From Adineta steineri (lineage: Eukaryota), in assembly GCA_905250045.1 (NCBI GenBank), contig CAJNOG010000282.1, positions 65,118 through 70,654 of the forward strand: 5,537 bases of DNA, given 5' to 3'. This document shows, one piece after another, positions 1 through 5,537 of the stretch; the first letter of the stretch is position 1; each line of letters begins with the position of its first letter. A program made the translations under genes and the position numbers. The notes beneath the pieces are model-generated. The model was not told where the DNA came from. It ran no database searches and was given only the letters and a program-made list of their open reading frames with translations.

Positions 1-16
1 GAGTGAAAATAAAATA

Positions 17-547
17 ATGAATTATGATCAAACAATTAAATTGGTTAAAGAATGGCGCAAGAAAGGGGAACGTATTGTATTTACAAATGGTTGTTTTGAT
101 ATTGTTCATTTAGGACATATTAATTATTTAGAAAAAGCTCGTCAGTTGGGTGATAAACTAATTGTCGCTTTAAATACTGATAAATCAACAAGTCAAATAA
201 AAGGTCCTCAACGACCTGTTATAAATGAATATGCACGAGCACGTCATATGGCTGCTTTACAATTCGTCGATATAGTTACACTATTCGATGAATTAACTCC
301 AATTATATTAATTGAAGCCATTCAACCAAATATTCTTGTTAAAGGTGGAGATTATACAAACGAAACTATTATTGGAGCTGATTTTGTTGTTCAACATGGA
401 GGAACTGTTCAAACTATTTCTTTGATAAAAGGTTATTCAACAACAGCACTTATCAAATCAATTCAAAACGATGTAGATGACAAACATATAATAAACAAAG
501 AGATTTTAATTAGAACTCCTGCATATATGTATCATTTATTTGTTTGA
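17..547 (+). CDS. Cytidylyltransferase-like (RfaE2/HldE C-terminal domain type) sugar-phosphate nucleotidyltransferase, probable D-glycero-beta-D-manno-heptose 1-phosphate adenylyltransferase-like protein
   Basis: 176-aa ORF. It contains FTNGCFDIVHLGHINYLEKARQLGDKLIVALNTD (the HxGH nucleotidyltransferase signature), IKGPQRPV, NILVKGGDYT, and GGTVQTISLIKGYSTTALI, all in the order and spacing of the RfaE2 family. The reading frame is open upstream to base 2, so the true start may lie outside the window. Confidence 0.88.
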   Translation: MNYDQTIKLVKEWRKKGERIVFTNGCFDIVHLGHINYLEKARQLGDKLIVALNTDKSTSQIKGPQRPVINEYARARHMAALQFVDIVTLFDELTPIILIEAIQPNILVKGGDYTNETIIGADFVVQHGGTVQTISLIKGYSTTALIKSIQNDVDDKHIINKEILIRTPAYMYHLFV

Positions 548-584
548 GTTTATCTTTTTAGATTTGTTGCTACTATAAATTTCT

Positions 585-590
585 AATAAA
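585..590 (+). promoter_or_regulatory. Possible polyadenylation signal AATAAA
   Basis: AATAAA lies 38 nt after the stop codon of the 17-547 ORF and is followed by an A-rich run. The motif is short and the background is AT-rich, so support is weak. Confidence 0.3.
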
Positions 591-601
591 ACTTAAAAAA
601 A

Positions 602-1410
602 ATGGATAATTCGGAAATAGAAAAAATTCGAAATGGTTTAATTGCTAGTGGTAGTATTCTTGTTGATTATATAGTATTAATTGATGATTGACCAATGGAA
701 AATTGTACAGCATTTATTCAAGATAAAGTTTAAATGACAAATGGTGGTGCACCATATAATACTGTTAAAAATCTTCGAACAATGAAAGTTGATTTTCTAT
801 TATTACTTATTGGATTAATTGGAAATGATTTCAATGGTAAATGGACTATTGATGATTGTATTAAATCGAATACTGATATAAATCAATTACAAACAATAAA
901 AGAGTGTAATGAGTGTTAAAAATACAAATCGACGAACATTTTTTCATCAACAAGGTACAAATGGATTATTAGATGAAAAACATTTTAACTTTTCTGGAAC
1001 CAATGTAAAATTATTTTATCTAGGTCCTTTAACACAATTAAATCGATTAAATACATTTAATAATAATGATAAAAGAACAAATGCATCAAAAGTATTAGAA
1101 AATGCAATTCTGCATGGTCTTGATACAATTGTTGATTTTTCTACTGGAAAAAATATAGATTATTCTCATATAGCTAAATCATCTTTACCATTTATTGATC
1201 ATTTAATTATTAATGAAACAGAAGCTGGATTAATTTTTAATAAAAACATAACAAGTGATAATTTATATGAAATCAAACAGATTGCAAATAATTTAATTGA
1301 TTTAGGTGTAAGAAAAACTGTAACTATTCATTTCACAGAAGGTGCTATTTTAATGACGAATGATAAAAATGTATTTCTACAAGGATCAATTATTTTACCA
1401 GAAGAATTTG
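602..1410 (+). pseudogene. Degenerate PfkB/ribokinase-family carbohydrate kinase
   Basis: Frame 2 from ATG 602 reads MDNSEIEKIRNGLIASGSILVDYIVLIDD*PMENCTAFIQDKV*MTNGGAPYNTVKNLRTMKVDFLLLLIGLIGNDFNGKWTIDDCIKSNTDINQLQTIKECNEC*, then shifts to the 909 ORF: MSVKNTNRRTFFHQQGTNGLLDEKHFNFSGTNVKLFYLGPLTQLNRL...SLPFIDHLIINETEAGLIF...VTIHFTEGAILM...GSIILPEEF. The order matches PfkB kinases (N-terminal NGGAPYN, GLIGNDFNGKW, RTFFHQ-G, NETEAG). The usual C-terminal GAGD motif is absent. Stops lie at 689-691 and 731-733, with a frameshift near 895-910. Confidence 0.8.
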
Positions 1411-1490
1411 AGGGTGTGATGGATGTGGGTGTGGGTGTCGGTGTGAGTGTTATTCATAAGTCAGATCTACGCCCGCACGCACACCCTCAA
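1408..1490. repeat. 83-bp segment bounded by perfect 11-bp inverted repeats with an internal telomere-like GT-rich tract (possible miniature insertion)
   Basis: TTGAGGGTGTG (1408-1418) is the exact reverse complement of CACACCCTCAA (1480-1490). The interior contains TGTGGG TGTGGG TGTCGG TGTGAG TGT (1424-1450). It lies where a PfkB kinase C-terminal region with GAGD would be expected. Confidence 0.6.
1424..1450 (+). repeat. Degenerate hexamer array (TGTGGG)n, interstitial telomere-like
   Basis: Units are tgtggg (1424-1429), tgtggg (1430-1435), tgtcgg (1436-1441), tgtgag (1442-1447) and tgt (1448-1450). Confidence 0.6.
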
Positions 1491-1812
1491 GATTTATTAC
1501 CTGAGGATGAAACAGTATTTGAATGTATTGTTGCATTAAAAGAAATATTTCCGGAAAGTGTTCAAAATTCTGTTGGCAAATCAAATCGTGCAGTAATTAA
1601 TACATCAAAATTTGCTTATAGTAAAGGTCGCACAATAGCTTGATGGGCAACTTCAACCATGTGTGTACTTGTTTTTCCAATTCTTGTTCAAAAAGAATTA
1701 TTACAAGTTGCTGAATAAACAAGTCATGAACAACGATCAATTCTTCTCGGTCCACAAGCAACAACAGGCACTTCTAGTGATGCTGTATTTTAGAATTAGT
1801 TTTCATAATTTT
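1491..1812 (+). other. Possible decayed coding remnant of unknown identity
   Basis: The 909 frame continues after the inverted-repeat segment as DLLPEDETVFECIVALKEIFPESVQNSVGKSNRAVINTSKFAYSKGRTIA*WATSTMCVLVFPILVQKELLQVAE*TSHEQRSILLGPQATTGTSSDAVF*. It has protein-like composition with only three stops, and I recognise no family. Confidence 0.3.
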
Positions 1813-3354
1813 GTGCTTTTTGCATTTGTTTTATGGTGATTATCTATATTCAACATTAACAATAGGATCAATCCACTAACATTTGATAATAAAAATGAGC
1901 TTATGAACAAAAAGAAAAGATCTCATCTGATCAAATACATGTTGCGATGACGAACACTCTATATTTCATGACTTTGATAATGGTGACCTGTTTAAGTAGT
2001 TAATATCGTAAAACAATATAAGATATTTAATTCATTGTTAGTCGAAAAGTGTTTTATTGTAGATTTTCGAAAATAATAATATAATAGACAAAATAGTATG
2101 TAAAGAAACAATTTGCATTCATTAAATGTTAGAATAGGATAGCATTTCAATTTTGTTGCTGTTTATTATTATTGACATTTTCTTAGATAGATAAAAAGTG
2201 TTACTAATATAATAATAAACTATTGCGAAGATGTTTGAAATCAATTTAGTTTTGATGATTCAAAGTGTTATAGTATAAAGTAAACTTGAAGATGATTAAA
2301 TACTGAAAAGAAGAATCATAAAAATGAATTCATTTAGAAAAGAGAAAAGAAAAATAGTACAATAGAATCTGTAAATTGATTGAATTTAATTATTATGTGA
2401 TATGGAAAGGTTTTTATGATTTGATATAGATAATATAAAAGGTTGTGAGTGTTCGTGTGCGTGTTATATTATTCTATCAAGGCACCCATACCCATCTTAT
2501 GCAGTTTGATGCATGATGAATAGGTCTTCATTAAAATAAACATACTCTACCTATATTCTAACTCAGTGCCATATTACCTTTCAGTTCCTTTCTCTGATCG
2601 GTGAAATTCAATATCATTTATCAGATAACCTTTAAATGAGTCATAGAAAAGAGGAACAAAAGAGAAAAATTGAGATGATTGTATCTAAACAATAAAATAA
2701 TAGATGAATGAAAAGAACGGAAGTAGAATAATGATGAGATTAATCGAATCATAGTCGAGTTTCACAATTGAAATCTAATATCTATGCATTGAATGATTAA
2801 ACATGTACAGATTAAAGTTTTCTACCCAACAAGAATGGAGTTGTTGGATATCAATTAAATGTAACATTTCTCATATTTTAATGATATGGGAATCTATCAA
2901 TAATCAAAGAGCATTATTTAAATTCACACGAAAATTTTTTTCTGTTTTTTATTCATTTCTCGAAAATATATGCTCCTAGAATCATCATAATACTGGAGAA
3001 ATCATAGTTCTTCGTAACAGTAATAGATGTAGCAATAGCAGACTAATATATCATCTGCTTCCGACGTTATAATACGGCAAGAATCACTTTCTTCCGCTGG
3101 ATGACTCCCCGGTGATGAATCATTATATTTATGTACATAAGATTAAACTATTCATGATTGAGAAAAATGTAAATATGATATTATTGAGATTTCATTAAGA
3201 TAATGGCGTCAATAACCTTTAATACAAAAGTCAAAAGTGGTATTATTCAAATAGAAAAAAAATAAAAAAAACACCTATAACATCACTTGTCTTATGATGT
3301 ATTGGCTGAAACAAAATAACTTGGTAAGAACGAAAGGAGGAAGACGTACACTTC

Positions 3355-3385
3355 CGAGCGATAGCTAAAAGCTGGTTATTGTTCG
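3355..3385. repeat. Imperfect hairpin
   Basis: cgagcgat (3355-3362) pairs with attgttcg (3378-3385), allowing two G-T pairs. agct (3363-3366) pairs with agct (3370-3373) around a 3-nt loop. Confidence 0.35.
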
Positions 3386-3390
3386 ACGTA

Positions 3391-3429
3391 TTTTTACTTA
3401 GTTTTTTTTTCACTTTATGTAAGTAAAAA
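3391..3429. repeat. Perfect 10-bp inverted repeat
   Basis: TTTTTACTTA (3391-3400) and TAAGTAAAAA (3420-3429), separated by 19 nt that are mostly T-rich. Confidence 0.65.
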
Positions 3430-3503
3430 GTAATGCACGCTTTAGTTTCTCCCCTACTTTGTCTATCTAATCAAGTAAAAACTAACAATAAAAAAGATAA
3501 ATA

Positions 3504-3519
3504 TCAGAATGCATTCTGA
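3504..3519. repeat. Perfect 16-bp palindrome TCAGAATGCATTCTGA, followed by a third half-site TCAGAA
   Basis: TCAGAATGCATTCTGA equals its own reverse complement. TTCTGA (3514-3519) can also pair with TCAGAA (3523-3528). Confidence 0.7.
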
Positions 3520-3537
3520 ACGTCAGAAACTTCCTTG

Positions 3538-3558
3538 TGCTAAAAGTAAATTTTAGCA
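3538..3558. repeat. Perfect 8-bp stem, 5-nt loop hairpin
   Basis: TGCTAAAA (3538-3545), GTAAA loop, TTTTAGCA (3551-3558). Confidence 0.65.
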
Positions 3559-3765
3559 AAAAGTTTATCCAACGCGGATTTCAGGTAGTTTAAAAAACAG
3601 CAGTACTAACTATAAGTTTCATTTTAATAAAATCATGACATGTGACATGAAGTAGTATAATAATTTATAGTCTCTTTGGAGCGATGATAGCTAAATAGAA
3701 TTTACTTTTCAAAAGGTATTTTACATTTCAGTTTTCCCATAGAATGAAACATGAAACTTTTCATC

Positions 3766-3828
3766 ATCTCCCATCCCACCGTGGGACAAAAGGTTTTTTA
3801 ATAATTATCTCATCCCATTCCACGGGAA
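3766..3828. promoter_or_regulatory. Pair of diverged direct repeats upstream of the PAN-GH128 gene; candidate cis-regulatory element
   Basis: atctcccatcccaccgtggga (3766-3786) and atctcatcccattccacggga (3807-3827). The first contains TCCCAC-C-GTGGGA, a near-palindrome. Both lie within about 70 bp of a TATA-like box. Confidence 0.35.
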
Positions 3829-3832
3829 GCTT

Positions 3833-3838
3833 TATAAA
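3833..3838 (+). promoter_or_regulatory. Candidate TATA box (TATAAA)
   Basis: gctTTATAAAgaatc lies 60 nt upstream of ATG 3899, in a plausible core promoter position. Confidence 0.4.
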
Positions 3839-3898
3839 GAATCACTACAAAAACAATTTTCTTTTCAGAAGTAGTTTATTAAAATTAATCAGAAAAAA

Positions 3899-5482
3899 AT
3901 GATATTTATTGGTGTTTTGATCATTAACATTTTATCCTTTGATTTGGTCAAATGTGCTATAAATTGGAATGGGAATAATTGGGCACATAATTGTGATTTT
4001 AGAGAAAATGATCTTTCGAATGCACGAGTTCCTCCAGAACAATGTGGTGGAAAGTGTGCTGCGACTCCTGGTTGTACTCATTTTACTTGGACAAACTATT
4101 ATGGTGGTACCTGTTGGATGAAAAAAGGCTCAGTTTCGAAAAGTGATGCATATGAAAGGCATGGTCAAAAGATGGTTTGTGGCGTACAACCTAACTCGGT
4201 GGAGCCAATAGCGCCTCCCTCTCCCAGGTAAATTAATATCATATATATATAACTTTTAAGAGAGTCTGGGTATTTGCTAAAGGAAGAGATTCCCACACCC
4301 TCATGATGGTGCAAAATATAAAGTTAGATGAAAAGTAATTGAAACCTAAAAATTCATATCTGACGCTGGTCGTTGAAAAGTCTCTACTTGAAGTTTTAAG
4401 TAAATAAATCTTTTTTGAAATGAGCAGTCAACTAATCGTAGCTAATTTATAGAAAACAAAAGAGAATAAGTCAATAGTTGGAATCCGTAAATTTTTTAGA
4501 ACAAATGTTAGTATCTTAAATATTTTTATAATATTAAATACAAACGTGATGTTTGTACTGTATAATAAAAAAATCATAATCAATGAATCATAGTAATAGA
4601 GTTTATGACTTTTAAAAATCTTTGTGAGAAGCTGAACGATATAAAGTTAACACACTGGTTTCTAGTGCAACTAGATGTTATAGATATGTTGTCACTTTTA
4701 TTCTATAAACAATAGATATGACAATTTGTGATTTCTATTGTAGCACAAGTAAACGGGGTATCGCATGGCCAATGGAAAACAAACAAGATTCACCTAAAGT
4801 ATTCTCTGGTGGAAAAATCTCCTGGATTTATAATTGGTCACCTTACAAAACTAACGTTGCTGGAATGGAATTTGTTCCTATGTTATGGAGCACAAATAGA
4901 GGTCACGATGGAAATAAATTCTTGAGTCAGGCGAAAGGTGCACGTGTTGTACTCGGTTTCAATGAGCCCGAACGTGGCGAACAAGCAAATATGGATCCGG
5001 CTTGGGCAGCACGCGCTTGGAAACAGTATATTGAACCTTTGAGAGCTCATGGCGCTCGATTGGGTTCACCGGCGATAGCATCTACGAATGAAGGTTTGAA
5101 TTGGATGCAACAATTTTTGAATGAATTAAATAAAATCGGTGGACGAATTGATTTTCTCGCTTTGCACTGGTATGGTCAAGGCTCGGATAATTTCATCAAT
5201 TGGATTACTGCGGCTCGTCAACGTTTCGGTAATAGATATCCTGTCTGGGTCACAGAATTCGCGTGTACATCTTGGAATCCAAGTCAACCGGTTTCACAAC
5301 ATGAAGTAAATGAGTTTATGAGGCAGAGTATTGCGAAACTCGATTCATTGAGTTGGGTCGAACGATATGCTTGGTTCGGTGCACAGCGTCATTTAGATGC
5401 AGCACTTGGTTCGACCAATTGTTTGATTGGATCCAATGGACAACTATCTAAATTAGGTAGAAAATATGTTCATGAACTTTAA
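3899..5482 (+). CDS. Secreted PAN/apple-like domain plus GH128 (Asl1-like, glyco_hydro_cc) glycoside hydrolase, putative beta-1,3-glucanase; join(3899..4227,4744..5482), 355 aa
   Basis: Exon 1 encodes an N-terminal hydrophobic signal (MIFIGVLIINILSFDLVKC) and a Cys-rich PAN-like domain (NCDFRENDLSNARVPPEQCGGKCAATPGCTHFTW...GGTCWMKKG...MVCGV). Exon 2 encodes SWIYNWSP, FVPMLWS, VVLGFNEPE (Glu 4964-4966), LGSPAIAS, IDFLALHWYG, VWVTEFACT (Glu 5255-5257) and VERYAWFG, characteristic of GH128. Splicing CCCAG|GTAAAT to TTGTAG|CAC keeps the frame: AG plus C gives a Ser codon, and the total is 1068 nt. Confidence 0.85.
3968..4177 (+). other. PAN/apple-like Cys-rich domain in exon 1 (approximate bounds)
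   Basis: Six cysteines occur in a PAN-like pattern: NC-DF, EQCGGKC, PGCTHFTW, GGTCW, VCG. Confidence 0.65.
4228..4743 (+). other. Putative spliceosomal intron, 516 nt, phase 2
   Basis: Donor GTAAAT at 4228 and acceptor TTCTATTGTAG ending at 4743. The interior is AT-rich with stops. Joining restores one frame across the PAN domain, Pro/Ser linker and GH128 domain. Confidence 0.75.
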
Positions 5483-5537
5483 AAAAGTGTCACTACAATA
5501 ACTCTAAAGAACATATCTATGAATATTAATCGAATAT

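Noticed and set aside
734-919. 61-aa ORF as an independent small protein
   Set aside because: Its sequence (MTNGGAPYNTVKNL...GLIGNDFNGKW) is an internal fragment of the PfkB kinase, bounded by a premature stop and a frameshift.
909-1643. 244-aa ORF as an intact protein
   Set aside because: It starts mid-kinase, lacks the N-terminal substrate-binding part and the GAGD catalytic motif, and its C-terminal third is encoded by the repeat element and unrelated sequence.
1662-1710. Small inverted repeat aattctt...aagaatt
   Set aside because: Only 7 bp of AT-rich sequence, readily expected by chance in this background.
3085-3130. Possible C/D-box snoRNA (ggtgatgaatc resembles a C box)
   Set aside because: No convincing D box (CUGA) at proper spacing and no terminal stem seen.
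1860-3350. Possible tRNA, rRNA or transposon coding sequence in the spacer
   Set aside because: No cloverleaf or B-box-like GTTCGAATC motif, no recognisable rRNA, and no long ORF or transposase/RT motif in the supplied six-frame track.
4728-4925. 65-aa ORF (MISIVAQVNGVSHGQWK...)
   Set aside because: Overlaps the GH128 domain in another frame. The competing frame carries strong, contiguous family motifs, so this is a shadow ORF.
1-5537. CRISPR array or bacterial defence system
   Set aside because: No regularly spaced direct repeats and no cas- or toxin-like genes. Gene structure with a spliceosomal intron argues against a prokaryotic locus.

Overview
The window looks like eukaryotic, AT-rich DNA. 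A bdelloid rotifer is my inference, based on a spliceosomal intron, TGTGGG-type repeats, and bacterial or fungal-type metabolic genes with animal-style structure. Three coding blocks can be supported, all on the + strand. (1) 17-547 is a compact nucleotidyltransferase of the RfaE2/HldE C-terminal type (D-glycero-beta-D-manno-heptose-1-phosphate adenylyltransferase-like). (2) About 602-1410 is a bacterial-style PfkB/ribokinase-family sugar kinase. It is broken by two in-frame stops and a frameshift, and its C-terminal part is interrupted by an 83-bp element (1408-1490) with perfect 11-bp terminal inverted repeats and an internal degenerate (TGTGGG)n tract. (3) 3899-4227 + 4744-5482 is a two-exon gene: signal peptide, PAN/apple-like domain, Pro/Ser linker, and a GH128 (Asl1-like) glycoside hydrolase domain. 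The domain boundary lies at or close to the intron. The roughly 2 kb between the kinase remnant and the hydrolase gene has no convincing coding content, but it holds a local cluster of hairpins and palindromes (3355-3558) and a diverged repeat pair just upstream of a TATA box. The best candidates for follow-up are the heptose adenylyltransferase/sugar kinase pair in a eukaryote, the 83-bp telomere-like inverted-repeat element, and the PAN-GH128 exon fusion.
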